In this document: positions 1-11,458 of the stretch, piece by piece
Numbering within the stretch: position 1 is the stretch's first letter
Layout of the letters: each line of letters starts with the position of its first letter
Source of the DNA: Octopus bimaculoides
Taxonomy: Eukaryota
NCBI RefSeq assembly: GCF_001194135.2
Contig: NC_068999.1
Location: forward strand, 52,567,893-52,609,140
DNA length: 41,248 bases
Direction of reading: 5' to 3'
Program-made: the position numbers and the translations under genes
Notes under the pieces: generated by a model
Told to the model about the DNA's origin: nothing
The model's input: only the letters and a program-made list of their open reading frames with translations
Database searches by the model: none

Positions 1-335
1 ACTTTCATTGTGATTTCTGCAATGTGGTGCATAAATTGTCAAGTAAATGAGACGCATCTTTGCCTCCACTGATTCACTTGCAAAGTGTTGAGTAAAATTA
101 TTTCGTTGCAGACCTCCTTTGGGTCTTTTTATTATCACTACGACACACATAGTCCCCAGTTGGTAACATTGATTTCAAGGCCCTCCTGGATGAGACACTG
201 GCATTCCACTTAATGTCTATGTTCTATGCTGGCATGGATTGGAGAGTTATTAATGTAGAAATATGGTATCGTAGTTACTAACAGTTGAGGGTTGCGTAGT
301 CTAGACGGCGTTTTTAGATTTCATTATTCTCTTTA

Positions 336-364
336 ACCCGGGCAAAGCCGGGTATTTCTGCTAG
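336..364 (+). mobile_element. Helitron-like 3' terminus (hairpin + CTAG)
   Basis: ACCCGG-GCAAAG-CCGGGT hairpin followed 7 nt later by CTAG|T, the classic Helitron 3' end. 5' end not identified. Confidence 0.55.
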
Positions 365-490
365 TATATATTATATATGTTATTTTTGAAGCATATGCCT
401 TTGATTTCCACCCTTATTACTGATCACCCCACTCTCTCTCTCTCCCACACTTCACATCATCTCCCTATTTCTTGTTTATAATGTTTTATT

Positions 491-1095
491 ACAATGCTGC
501 TCTACACCCACTCCCTTGTTTTTGAAATCCACTTGTCACCTCTTCCTGCTTGACCCACTCTTATTTCCTTCACCTTCCCCCAAACTGACATTCATTGTTG
601 GATACTGATCATGCTCCTTCCCTTGTTTACTGTTCACTGAATCACCTATACTCCCTATCTCTAGCCATTTATCACTCACCTCAGTGAGCTGGCAGAATCG
701 GTAGCATGCTGGACAAAATGCTTAGTGGTATTTCACCCATCGTTACGTACTTAGTTCAAATTCTGCTGAGATCGACTTTACCTTTCATCCTTTCGGGGTC
801 AATAAATTAAGTATTTGTTGCATACTGGGGTCAATCTAATCAACTGGCCCCCTTCCCACAAAAATTTCTGGTCTTGTGCCTATAGTAGAAAGGATTTGTC
901 ACTCATCTCACAATGCTGCTCTCTGCCCACTCCCCTGTTTTGTAATCCACTTATCACCTCCTCCTTCTTGATCCCCTCTTTCTCTTTCACCATCCCCAAA
1001 ACTGATATTGACCATTAAATATTGAATATCGACCATACCTCTCTTCTGTTTTCTGTTCACTGCATCACTTATACTCGCTACCTCTAACCATCTCT
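491..1095 (+). repeat. Diverged ~190-bp direct duplication (491-680 and 910-1095) separated by a SINE
   Basis: Both copies read CAATGCTGCTCT...CCCACTCCC.TGTTTT..AATCCACTT.TCACCTC...CCCCAAA(A)CTGA.ATT...CTGTTCACTG.ATCAC.TATACTC.CTA.CTCTA.CCAT. Confidence 0.7.
684..895 (+). mobile_element. tRNA-derived SINE, family 1 (abundant octopus-type SINE)
   Basis: Head GAGCTGGCAGAATCG.TAGC, B-box-like GTTCAAATTC, core GACTTT.CCTTTCATCCTTTCGGGGTC.ATAAA.TAAGTA, tail CTTGTGCCTATAGTAGAAAGGAT. Many diverged copies in this window. Confidence 0.8.
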
Positions 1096-1872
1096 CACTC
1101 TCTCACAGACTCACCTGATCCTTTGTCCCAAACTCCTTTACATTTACCCTTTTGTGTCTTGAGGGTATGTCCCGAAATTAAGTAGTTGCAAAACAAGTTT
1201 GTCAACCACACAGCCATGGGGAAATATGAGAAAAGTAAAAAGTGTTTATGAATGATGTGTTTCAGAGTGAATTCAACTATAAATAATAGTTCAGAATACA
1301 TTAGATCTGAAAGAAGAGAGAAAGCTACCTGACTCTTTTTGGAGGCGTGGCAAGGAGCCGAATCTTGCTGCTACACAATGATCTCCCAGCAGTGACCATT
1401 CTCTAGCCTAACATTCTAACCAGAAAGTCACAAGTGTTCATTTAAAAAAATATGAAAATGTGACAATTGGGTGTGACTGATTTGGCATGGCAGGCTGGAG
1501 ACTGAACCTGTTTTAGTGGCATTACATTTTGGTAATAGAGGCTATCACACACACTGACGCACAGAAATGTATGTATATAGATGAACAGGAGTGAGAGATT
1601 AAAATTCATTAATTGTCCCCTCTCCTCATGAAAAGTAATGTGCTCACACATATAAGCAAAAAGAGAGAGAACAAGTGAAACACCTGATATCAAATAAGTC
1701 ACTGTAGACTTACTGATGCCAAGTAGGCTGTGCGAAATATGTAGCTACACTTCATTTTCTATGTAAATATTTTGACTTTGTTTTCCTGTTTATAAATCAG
1801 CCTTTTTTAAATACTATTTATATGTTGATATATTTCTTTTATTTACATGGATTTAATAATTTAATCATGAAG

Positions 1873-2040
1873 GTGAAATATGTGACAGTTGTGGTAATTT
1901 TTATGAATATTTAATGAAATGTGGCCAGTGCAAGAATGCAAAATATTGCTCAAAATCTTGTCAGAAATCTGCATGGCCTCATCACAAGAAATTGTGTACA
2001 TCTTCTAACAACGCAAATACTGAATCTTCAAGACTCATAG
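1873..2040 (+). CDS. Gene A, MYND zinc-finger exon (phase 1-1, 168 nt; internal exon, upstream start not found)
   Basis: Translates EICDSCGNFYEYLMKCGQCKNAKYCSKSCQKSAWPHHKKLCTSSNNANTESSRLI, a full C-x2-C-x9-C-x2-C-x5-C-x3-C-x7-H-x3-C MYND pattern. Donor G|GTAAGT at 2041. The first AG after a ~70-nt AG-free stretch is at 1871-1872, and there is an in-frame TAA at 1857-1859. Missed by the ORF track. Confidence 0.85.
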
Positions 2041-2102
2041 GTAAGTTCTAAGTTTTTAAAGCCTTGGTTGGTCTCTTCCATGTGTACATACACACATATA
2101 TA

Positions 2103-2246
2103 GTAAGCTTCCATCATATTCTATCCACCCTTTCAGCCTGAGGTAATAGTAGAAGATATTTGTCCTTTATGCCGTGTAGTGCAACAGATCCTAAGACCAC
2201 TTGATTCCAAAGAAAACATCTTAACCACACAGCCACACCTGCACCT
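2103..2246 (-). mobile_element. Degenerate SINE family 2 head fragment
   Basis: Similar to the reverse complement of the head of the 39880-40295 element (TAGTAGAAGA.A.TTG..C...CTTAACCACACAGCCA). Confidence 0.55.
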
Positions 2247-2364
2247 GTCTATTCAGATACTGAATCTGAAAGAAAATTGCTTATATCTGCAGTCATTTTA
2301 CTTCTAGCATAATTTATTCCTTCTTTCTGTCATATAATTTCAATTTCTAAACTTTATATTTTAG

Positions 2365-2543
2365 ATAATTTCCAGAAAGCTATACATGAAGCAGAAAGGA
2401 GATTTCCCTGCCATAATAAAATTACAAGATTTTATGAGGTTTCAGCCGGATGTATGCCTCATCTTTCCGAAAGAAATAAACTTCTTGTTGCTTACATTTT
2501 AGAAGTAGGATTCCACTTCTTTAGGCCTTCTTTTTTCATCCAA
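2365..2543 (+). CDS. Gene A, exon 2 (phase 1-0), N-terminal half of an uncharacterised beta-rich domain
   Basis: Acceptor TTTTAG|, donor |GTAAGT. Open frame DNFQKAIHEAERRFPCHNKITRFYEVSAGCMPHLSERNKLLVAYILEVGFHFFRPSFFIQ. Phase-compatible with both neighbouring exons; homologous exon at 15861-16036 (-). Confidence 0.85.
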
Positions 2544-3032
2544 GTAAGTATATTTCAATCATTTAAGGAATTTCTATTTCTTTATTTTCTCCATTTATTG
2601 TTTCTCTAAGTATGATTATGTGTATACAAGCAAATAACAATCACTGTTGAGTGGTAACATATTTAACAGCTGCAGTGGTAGGCATGATACACAAGTGTAT
2701 GCATATGTGTGTATGTATGTGTGTATATATATATATATATATATNNNNNNNNNNNNNNNNNNNNNNNNNNNNNNNNNNNNNNNNNNNNNNNNNNNNNNNN
2801 NNNNNNNNNNNNNNNNNNNNNNNNNNNNNNNNNNNNNNNNNNNNNNNNNNNNNNNNNNNNNNNNNNNNNNNNNNNNNNNNNNNNNNNNNNNNNNNNNNNN
2901 NNNNNNNNNNNNNNNNNNNNNNNNNNNNNNNNNNNNNNNNNNNNNNNNNNNNNNNNNNNNNNNNNNNNNNNNNNNNNNNNNNNNNNNNNNNNNNNNNNNN
3001 NNNNNNNNNNNNNNNNNTATATATATATATAT

Positions 3033-3300
3033 ATCGAAATTGAACCAAATTCGATGACTGGCACCCATGCCAACCTTCCTTCATTGGACACTAAATTCAG
3101 CTTGCGAAGACCTGTTGGGGCAAGTGAGATCGAAACTGAACCAAATTCGATGACTGGAACTTGTGCCAGTGGAGCACTAACAGCACCAACTGAGTGAGAT
3201 CACTGCCAGAGCAGCGGTCTCGCTTCCGTGCCGGTGGCACGTAAAAAGCACCATTTGAGCGTGATCGTTTCCAGCTTCGCCTTACTGGACCTCAGAACTC
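3033..3300 (+). mobile_element. Fragment of repeat family 3 (GTGCCA.TGGCAC palindromic subrepeats), with internal 29-bp direct repeat
   Basis: Matches the reverse complement of 8400-8720 (GCTTGCGAAGACCTGTTGGGG, CCAGTGGAGCACTAAC, GCACCATTTGAGC.TGATCGTT). ATCGAAA.TGAACCAAATTCGATGACTGG occurs twice. Confidence 0.7.
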
Positions 3301-3304
3301 TCTG

Positions 3305-4660
3305 GCCCACAATGTATTTGCAGTGCCAGTACTCATATCAACATTTGGGCTACTTGATTGGTCACTTGATGAGATCCAAGCCATTGATGTGAAAACCCGG
3401 AAAATACTAACAAGGACACATAATTTCCACATAAACAGTGATGTAGACTGCCTCTACCTAAAACAGAAACAAAACGGCAGAGGTTTAACATTGATCTGAA
3501 ATGCCTTTGAATGTCGCATCATATCCCTTCGGCAACATCTTTTAACCATCAAGTGTTGAAGTGCATCTCTTGAACAAATTTGCATACATGAGGCTGATAA
3601 CATCATAAGACTTGGAAAGCAGCTCCTTGAGCAACATTCCTTTCGTGATAACTTTAAATACATACCCAAAGAAGTCACATGACTCTACCACAACATATCA
3701 GAAGATTATGCATGGGTTAGGGTTAGTAGAAAGCTCTGAGATGATAGTAAGATTTATCATGAAAGCAGTCTATCATGGACCAATAGTCGGATTACTACCT
3801 CTCACTTCGAAGGGTATGAGTTTGCAATCCAGGAACAGGAAATATCAACCAAATACCTGATCCACAAAAGGGATAGAAATTCAGGAAAAGCAGTAAAATG
3901 TGACAACCAATGCAGACTTTGTGGAGTTAATACAAAATATATCACCCACATCATAAGCAGTTGTCTGAAAATGTCATCACAGTATTATCTACCGATGAGA
4001 CATGATGTTGTGGCTAGCAATGAACTCCATTTAAAGGATAACCCCAAGGACAAAGCCACTCATAATAAAATGGAGTACTGGGTGGAATGTCCCAGTGAAA
4101 ACCTCAATAAAATGTAAGCACAACAGGCCTGTTATGATTTGGGATAGAGAAATTAGCTGCCCATTGGATGTTAACATAAAGCTGAAGATCAGTGAGAAAG
4201 AGAACAGCCACACTGAACTATTGAGAAATCTGCAGTTACTCTATCCAGATTACAAGTTCAGGTTTATACCTGTAATTATTGGGGCCCTAGAATATGTAAC
4301 ACACTGTCTAAATACCAATCTTGAGGAATTAGGCTTTTCAAAACCAAAAAAGGAGAAAGTTAATTTGAAAACTACAGATCCAATCCATCACTGGAACTGT
4401 AAAAATCTGTAAAACTTTCCAGAAGCAGGTCTACATATGCAACTATATGCATGAGAATTCATACACAAAACAAAATATACAAATCTGCACATATATTTAC
4501 ATACATAAATGTGTGCGTGTATATGTACATACATACATACCCACCCTGTTGTTGATGTTGAAATTCCAATGAAGGAGTCTTGGATCTAGGTTAGAAACTG
4601 GTTCTTTCTCTGTTGGCAAGAAATCTTGAAACAAAACTGAATAATAACATACAGATATAT
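3305..4660 (+). mobile_element. Degenerate R4/Dong-clade (restriction-like endonuclease) non-LTR retrotransposon, 3' part
   Basis: Broken frames give NVFAVPVLISTFGLLDW..EIQAIDVKTRKILT...SDVDCLYL...GRGL, a CCHC finger CRLCG....ITHIISSC...RHDVVA, and an RLE-like region HNRP..IWD...IPVIIGAL. Stops and frameshifts throughout. Confidence 0.8.
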
Positions 4661-4699
4661 AAATTTGAGCAAAGTCAACTCCAACACATTGGCACCAAC

Positions 4700-4921
4700 T
4701 TCATGCAAGCATGAAGGCATGCTGACAAAACACTGCTCCTCTAAATCAAAAGCTTACCTGTCATTGTGGTTCTGTGGTACAAAGCATCTAGCTATCTACT
4801 CAAGAAAACACCGAGTAAATGATCCACAAGCACTCAAGCAAACTGAGTCCTCAACTTGTTCCATTTGTCAAAAGGCTTGCAAGGCTCCAGCAGGCCTCAA
4901 GAGACACATTAGTGTCCATAG
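4700..4921 (+). mobile_element. Probable LINE ORF2 C-terminal remnant with single C2H2 motif
   Basis: TCSICQKACKAPAGLKRHISVH is a lone C2H2 finger of the kind ending RTE-type ORF2. It has no neighbouring fingers or linkers and ends near a (TA)n. Confidence 0.4.
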
Positions 4922-4971
4922 AACGCTTTATTTTATACTGAACCCTAATTTGTCGTTCAGAACAAGAGAAT

Positions 4972-4976
<5 letters not shown>

Positions 4977-5034
<58 letters not shown>
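4977..5034. repeat. (TA)n microsatellite
   Basis: ~29 TA units. Similar runs at 2725-2744/3018-3033, 10865-10887, 27783-27824 and 38016-38062. Confidence 0.95.
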
Positions 5035-5039
<5 letters not shown>

Positions 5040-6420
5040 CTCGGAGGAGAAAGATGTGTGGGGATACCATTATGAAAGGTTATTAAATCTGCTGAATGAC
5101 TGGGAGAAGGAGAGTCTTTCAAATATCAAACCAATTGAGGGACCAGCCATCAGAGTTGATAGCAGTATAATAGATAAGGCAATTAAGAATATGAAAACTG
5201 GGAAAGCCGAGATGCACTTGCATAGTTAATCAGGTTATTCAGGAAGGTGTTATCCTAAAAGACTGGTGTAGCAGTATTATAGTTAGCTGCTACAAGGGTA
5301 AAGGTGATGCAGTAGATAGAAACGATTTTAGAGGTACCAAACTGTTAGACCAGGTCATGAAAATTACAGAGAGTTATATCTCAACATCTCAACTGATTAG
5401 GGATATAATTAAACTAGATGAGATGCAGTTTGGTTTTGTTGCAGGGAGAAGTACCACAGATGTCATCTTCATAGTGAGACAGTTGCAAGAAAAGTATTTG
5501 GCCAAAAGTAAACCATTGTATTTAGCCTTTGTTGACCTGGAGAAAGCTTTTGACAAGGTTCTCCACTCTCTTATCTGATGGTTCCTAAGGAAGCTAGGAG
5601 TAGAGGCGTGGCCTGTTAGAGTTGTTCAAGCCATGTACAGTGATGCTGTCAGTAAGGTGAGAGTCGGTCTGGAATATAGTGAACAGTGATGAATTTAGAG
5701 TAAAAATTGGAGTTCACCAGGGATAAGTTTTTAGTCCATTCTTATTCATCATAGTTCTCCAGACCATAACAGAGGAATTCGAAACTTGATACCCATGGTA
5801 ACTACTATATGCTGATGATCTTGCTCTCATTGCAGAATCTGAAGCAGAATTGGAGAAGTTCCGAGTTTAGAAGTAAAACCTGGAATCAAAGGGCTTAAAG
5901 TTAACTTAGCATAGACTAAAGGTGTTGTTAGCAAGAAAGCAGATAAGACTCTCCTTCCATCAGGTAAATGGCCCTGCTCAATATGTAGGAAAGGAGTGCG
6001 TTGTAATTCCATTTGATGCACCAAATGTAAGCTATGGATGTATAAGAGATGCAATGGAATCATAGGAAGATTAACAGATAAGGTCACTTTCAGGTGTGGA
6101 AGATGCACAGGAACAATAAGGACTAAGAGCACGAGGGAGGGACTTAAACTCTCTCAAATGCCCAGGAGGTTCTTTTGAGGTAGAAGATAGTTTCTGCTAT
6201 TTAGGTGACCAAATTAGTAATGGTGGTGGATACTCTGAAACTATTGTTTCTAGAATAAGAATAGGATGGAGTAAGTTCAGAGAACTACTACTTCTGTTGG
6301 AAGCAAAAGGACTCTCTCTCTCAGAGTGAAAGGTAAATTGTATGATGCCTGTGACAATGGCTATATTCCATGGTGGTGAGACATGGGCTTTGACTGCAGA
6401 GAATATGTGTAGACTGGACA
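5040..6420 (+). mobile_element. Degenerate RTE-type LINE reverse transcriptase fragment
   Basis: MQFGFVAGRSTTDVIFIVRQLQEKY...AFVDLEKAFDKV, GVHQG...SPFLFIIVL, LLYADDLAL, WPCSICRKGV. Multiple stops and frameshifts. Confidence 0.9.
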
Positions 6421-6959
6421 CTGAAAGTTATGGTATCCAGGGCAAGAAATAAAATTACATCCAGTGGTGAAACTCCAGCTCTTGATTTCAGGAGTTTGGG
6501 GAAGTATGGAAATGCCCCTTTAGTTACCACTACTTCTAAGTTTGTGCTGGCTTAGGATATTATTCCTTGTCAAGGTCTCCAGTTATAGGTCAAATGGTAG
6601 AAGATGGTTGTGTGATGTGGAAGTGAACTGGTCCCCTAGACACATATCTCATGAGCACCCCACTCCATCACTACCTGTGTGTGGACATACCCTGATGTCA
6701 TGTAAACCACCCCCAATGTTTAAAGGTTAAATAGGTCTTATGCTTCAAGGGTGAGCTTGGGAAAGAAGGAGATGAGCAGAGTGGACTATAATTTAATTGG
6801 CAAAACAACAGGAATTCACTGTTGTATCCTTCCCAAGAAAAATTATGAATCTTCAGATTTTGGTATGAATGTCTATGACCACTGATGCCTGTAAGTATGC
6901 CACATGAAGAGAAAAAGATGTTGTATGAATGTAGTTACATGCATATTTTCATTTTATAA

Positions 6960-7155
6960 TAATTTCAAATTTTGGCACAAGGTCAGCAATTTTGAAGGTA
7001 AGTCAAGTACTACATTGACTGTAGTACTTGACTTACCCCCAAAAGATGGAAACAGTGTTGATTTTAGTGTAATTTGAACTCAGAATGTAAAGAGAAAGAA
7101 GAAATGGCACTTACGATTTTGTCTGATGTGCTAAAGATTTTGTTAGCTCACGACC
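6960..7155 (-). mobile_element. SINE family 1 copy
   Basis: Reverse complement of the 684-895 family (TTTTGGCACAAGG.CAGCAATTTT...ATTTGAACTCAGAATGTAAAG). Confidence 0.7.
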
Positions 7156-7198
7156 TAAATTATCATTAAATAATAATAAACTTTTCTTCCTTTTTCAG

Positions 7199-7384
7199 GA
7201 TATTGAAGGTCGCATATGTAGTCTGATATTTTATCACAAAGAATCAGATCCTCATCCATATTTTTCCTGGGACCAATTGAAAGTTGGGAAATATATTTGT
7301 ATCTTGGAACCCGAGATTCATTTTTTTCTTGATGGACAAGTTGGTTTTAGAATTAATTCTACTAAGGATGTTAGGGTTTTATAA
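7199..7384 (+). CDS. Gene A, terminal coding exon (phase 0 to TAA), C-terminal half of OB-fold-like domain
   Basis: Strong polypyrimidine tract CTTTTCTTCCTTTTTCAG|. Translates DIEGRICSLIFYHKESDPHPYFSWDQLKVGKYICILEPEIHFFLDGQVGFRINSTKDVRVL*. AATAAA at 7402-7407. Homologous exon at 11459-11635 (-). Confidence 0.85.
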   Translation, partial: DIEGRICSLIFYHKESDPHPYFSWDQLKVGKYICILEPEIHFFLDGQVGFRINSTKDVRVL

Positions 7385-7529
7385 AATGTTGGGTTAAAAG
7401 AAATAAATCTATTTTTCAAGTATTTATTGTTAATAAATTTATTTTATCAAGTATTTATTGTTATTTCTTTAACTATTTCATCTGCAAAAACTCTGTGGAA
7501 GCTTGTTGTGTATGTGTCTACATGTGTGC

Positions 7530-7750
7530 ATGTGAACACCGGACTGCCTTTATGTTTGTCTCCTTGTCACCACTTGACAACTGGTGAGGTTTGTTTACAT
7601 TCCTGTAAGTTAGCAATTCAGCAAAATAGACCGGTAGAATAAGTACAAGTCTTGAAGAAATGAATACTTGCCTTGATTTGTTTGACGAAACCCATCAAGA
7701 TAGTATTCCAGCATGGCTACAGCTCAATGACAGAAACAAGATAAGAGATA
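7530..7750 (+). mobile_element. SINE family 2, 3' half
   Basis: CTTGACAAC.GGTG...GTTTACA..CC.GTAA.TTAGC..TTC.GCAAAA.AGACCG.TAGAATAAGTAC...TCCAGCATGGC.ACAG...AATGAC.GAAACAAG, as in 40100-40295. Confidence 0.7.
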
Positions 7751-8299
7751 ATGTGTTTTTTTTTTTTGTGTATAAATTAACGTGGTTTTAAGGAAGGGAG
7801 TTGAGAACTGTTCATTTAGCTGTTTTCTATTTTGAGCTGCACTGTTTTCTTTGATATTCAAGCAATTGGATGTATTTGAAGCAAAAGAAAAAGAGAAGAA
7901 ACAATTGTAAGGAGAATAAAAATATTTTGATGTGGTGATGATTATTGATTTTATCACCATCAATGTTATGACCACCATCGCCTTTCTATATTCAGGTTAT
8001 TCCCCAAAGGATGAGAAATTGTGGCAATTGATAAAAAACAGAATCTCTCCTGTTAATACTCACATGCTTATGTATGTAAACCTACATACCAGATATACAA
8101 AGATGGAAAATTTAACTATTTCTCCATAGACTGAAAAAACTGGCAAACAGCCTTAGCTCATTAGTATTTAAACTGGCTATATCTGGCCATCCCCCCATCC
8201 AAAGAAAAGAAGTGTCCCCTTATAAATAATGTTATTATGCCCTTTTCTCCTGGAATTGTATTCCCTTCTGACCTTGTGCCCTCCCTTTGAAAAATTCAT

Positions 8300-8720
8300 G
8301 AAACCATGCCTGGATAACTGATTTGGCAGAGTTTCTATGGCTGGATACCCTTCCTAACGCCAACCACTCCGTGAGTGTAGTAGGTGCTTTTATGTGCCAC
8401 CGGCACGAAGGCCAGTTAGGCGGTACTGGCTCAAAATGGTGTATTTTACGTGCCACCTGCACAGGAGCCAGTCCAGCGGCACTGGCAACGATCTCGCTCG
8501 AATGTGTTTTCACGTGCCACTGGCACAATTACCGGAAGGCGACGCTAGTAACGATCATGCTCAAATGGTGCTATTTATATGCCACTGGCACGGAAGCCAG
8601 ACAGCTGCTCTGGCAACAATCATGCTCGGACGGTGGTGTTAGTGCTCCACTGGTACAGGTACCATCACGATTTCGCCTTCACTTACCCCAACAGGTCTTC
8701 GCAAGCCGAGTTCAGTGTCC
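8300..8720 (-). mobile_element. Repeat family 3 copy with LINE-shared 3' tail
   Basis: Contains TTTGGCAGAGTTTCTA.GGCTGGAT.CCCTTCCTAACGCCAACCAC (reverse complement of 30170-30215) and four GTGCCA.(T/C)GGCAC/GTGCCACC subrepeats. Confidence 0.75.
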
Positions 8721-8724
8721 AATG

Positions 8725-9230
8725 AATTCTTTTTTGATGCGATGTGTGAGTTCATTAGAGTAACTCTCTAGCCAGAATTGAACTGCCTCTATTCCTAGGC
8801 TGTGGAGGATATTAGAATAGAGGTTGACTACTTTGAAGGATACTAGTAGGGTGTTTTTGTTTGTTTTAGGGAGATGATTGAGCATATCCAGGTCATCCCT
8901 TATGTAGCTTTTGATATGCTTGAGGAATGGTTTTAAGAGGGTATCTAAAAAGTTACTGAGGCGGTGGGTTTCACATGCAAGACCTGCTATTATAGGACTT
9001 AATTTGAGGTCATTAGGAGTAGGGAGCTTGATTATTATGGCTGTGGCTGTCCTTCATGTGTTACTTATTTTCTCATGAGGTAGAGCGTGTGAATTAATGT
9101 TACATGTGGGTGGAATACACAGTGCTTCCAGAGCTCAGTATTGCTGAGATAGACTTTCTACATCTTCATAAATATGCATCATTTGTTCGCTTTTTACAAG
9201 AGAGCATGTGAAAGATAGACAGACAGGGAA
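8725..9230 (-). mobile_element. Penelope-like element reverse transcriptase fragment
   Basis: Minus frame LKLSPIIAGLACETHRLSNFLDTLLKPFLKHIKSYIRDDLDMLNHLP...LLVSFKVVNLYSNILHSLGIEAVQFWL matches PLE RT motifs (RPII.G...TH..S..LD..L; SFDV..LYTNI). Confidence 0.8.
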
Positions 9231-11370
9231 TGTTTTCACCATAGTAACTAATAAGTTTTGTCAACATAACAACCTGCCATTATAGTGACAGTATTTTTTT
9301 AAAGTCTGTGTTGCATTGTCTGAATCTTGTTTTGCAATGTGTGCTAAAAAAATAAATAAATAAAAAAGGGTGGGGAAATTCCAACTTATATGGAACAGCA
9401 ATTTCAAAAGTCTGCTTTTCTAATTTCTAGTAGGCGGTTGTGGAGTGCAATGAGTAATATTTACTGCATTTTTGACTTTGAGAAAAATTTTTTTTTTACA
9501 AATGTTCACCACCTTACAAAAACTATATCAGCGAAGCAAATCAGAGCATATTAAAAGCAAATTTAGTTGGGGCAAAATGAGTAAGACAAGACAAGGTGAC
9601 TTTGCCTCTTCACTTCTCCAGAATTACATATGACAAAAAAAGTCAATATCCATAGACATCAAAATTGCAACACAAATTAAAAATATCCAGGTTACATGGA
9701 AGAGGATCATGGAAAAATGGCACATATGAAATTCAACTAAACCAAACATTTTAACATAAAATTTTCTTAGTAATTTCTTCACGGTCTGTTGGAGTTGCTC
9801 TCTTCCTGATACATTTATGCAGCAAGCAGTTAAAACAAAGAAATTAAAATTAGTCATTACTCATTTTTCCCCAGTCCAACAGAAAAAAGAATATTGAATG
9901 TTAAACACCAAAAATTATTCAGATATTTTATTAGCAACCTCAAGTACAATCGGATCAAAGTTGAGGAAAATTTTCATGAAAAAAGTACCTGTCACTTGAC
10001 TATGTTTCAAACTCTTAACATCAGCAGCAACTATGTTGAACAAATTTTACTCCCAAAATGATGCAATACTTGCAATGTAATGGTTTCAAACAGATAAGGA
10101 GAAAATAACAAGAAATCAGAAACTACTTAATTTGTCCCACTCTCTATGGTAATTTTAATTTAAGTATTTGACAAATTGAAATGAAAAAAAATCAGAAAAA
10201 AAGAATACAAAATGAAAACATGGAAAAAAGAAAGAACAAGGTTTGATTTAACAAAAAACATTTGAACAAAAATTAAATAACTCTGAAGCTGGAAAAAAAA
10301 AGGTTTAGCTGTTGAGATATCTAATTTTATAATTAAAAACTAAATTCAAAATTTACATTTTGGAACAAATTTCTTACTTGCTCTTTCATAAACTAAGACC
10401 AAAGTTTTTGGTGCCTCATTAAAATAACAAAGTTTACAAGTAGTGATATATGCATGCTTGTGTGTGTGTGCACCTTTAATCACAAGTGGTCAATCTAAGG
10501 TCATTTCTCAGTCATGCTTCTTTCGCTCAGTCTATTCTTTATGTATCTTTGTATACATTTATACTTACACACAAAAACTCTCAGATACATCAGTTATAAT
10601 TGTTTCCAAGAATGCTTTCCTTTTCTCTGTCTTTATATTAATTCCCTAGGGAATTGTTTGACCAACTGCTTTACCTAATTGTTTCATTGGAGGGGGACTC
10701 CACCGGCTATTCAGTCCCAAAATACCTTAGTCAGCTCACTGAACTTTGGTATGGGAAAAATTTACAACCTTTATGTCAATAAACTATTGTTCCTGAAAGT
10801 TGTTTTTTAATACCTTCCATGGACTGCTTGAAGCTTACTAACTTCCTACACCTTGACCCTTGGATCTTACTTTTACATATTACTATATATATATATATAT
10901 ATATATAAACTTTATAGTTGTTACATGAACTATTAATTTTAAAAACAAGAGTTTAATGCAAGTTCATATGTATTTATATGTGTGTATGCATGTGTGAAAT
11001 TCATAAAAAAAAGTAAACTTGTGATAAAAATTTGCAGTTTTATTTTTTATTAATACACCAGTTATTTCAGAGCAAAACCTCTCACTACAGTTTGCATCAG
11101 ATTTATTTATTTTATTGCAGCAAAAACATTTTAAATGCAAGACATCAAATATTTCTGCTGCCAGTTAGAAGAGGTAAAAAAATAGTGCATTGTTTCTTTG
11201 AAAGTGCTTTATATCATTAAAAAAAATTTTCTGCAGTTGTAATCCTACTTTACAACACCTTGTAAATCACACTTATCAATGAATGACTGAGTGAGTGGGA
11301 GTGTGTATGTAAGTAAGTGAAAGAGAGAGAGAGAGAGAGATAAACGATTTCTTTTTTTTTTTGATGTTTT

Positions 11371-11417
11371 CATAGATATTTTTCATAGATATTTTTCATA
11401 GATATTTTTCATAGATA
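11371..11417. repeat. 13-bp tandem repeat (CATAGATATTTTT) x~3.6 in gene B 3' UTR region
   Basis: Direct reading of the sequence, ~40 nt downstream of the gene B stop. Confidence 0.85.
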
Positions 11418-11458
11418 AGTAATAATAAAGCTTGATAAAAATTTTAATTTCTTATATT

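Noticed and set aside
2616-3197. Long ORFs spanning N-runs (also 22102-23094, 30263-31100, 35571-36262, 37088-38117, 39242-39778)
   Set aside because: They are open only because N codons contain no stops, and the flanks are (TA)n translations (YIYI).
4854-4919. C2H2 zinc finger, possibly a member of the expanded octopus C2H2-ZNF family
   Set aside because: It is a single finger with no TGEKP linkers and no splice context, wedged between two LINE relics; better explained as a LINE ORF2 tail.
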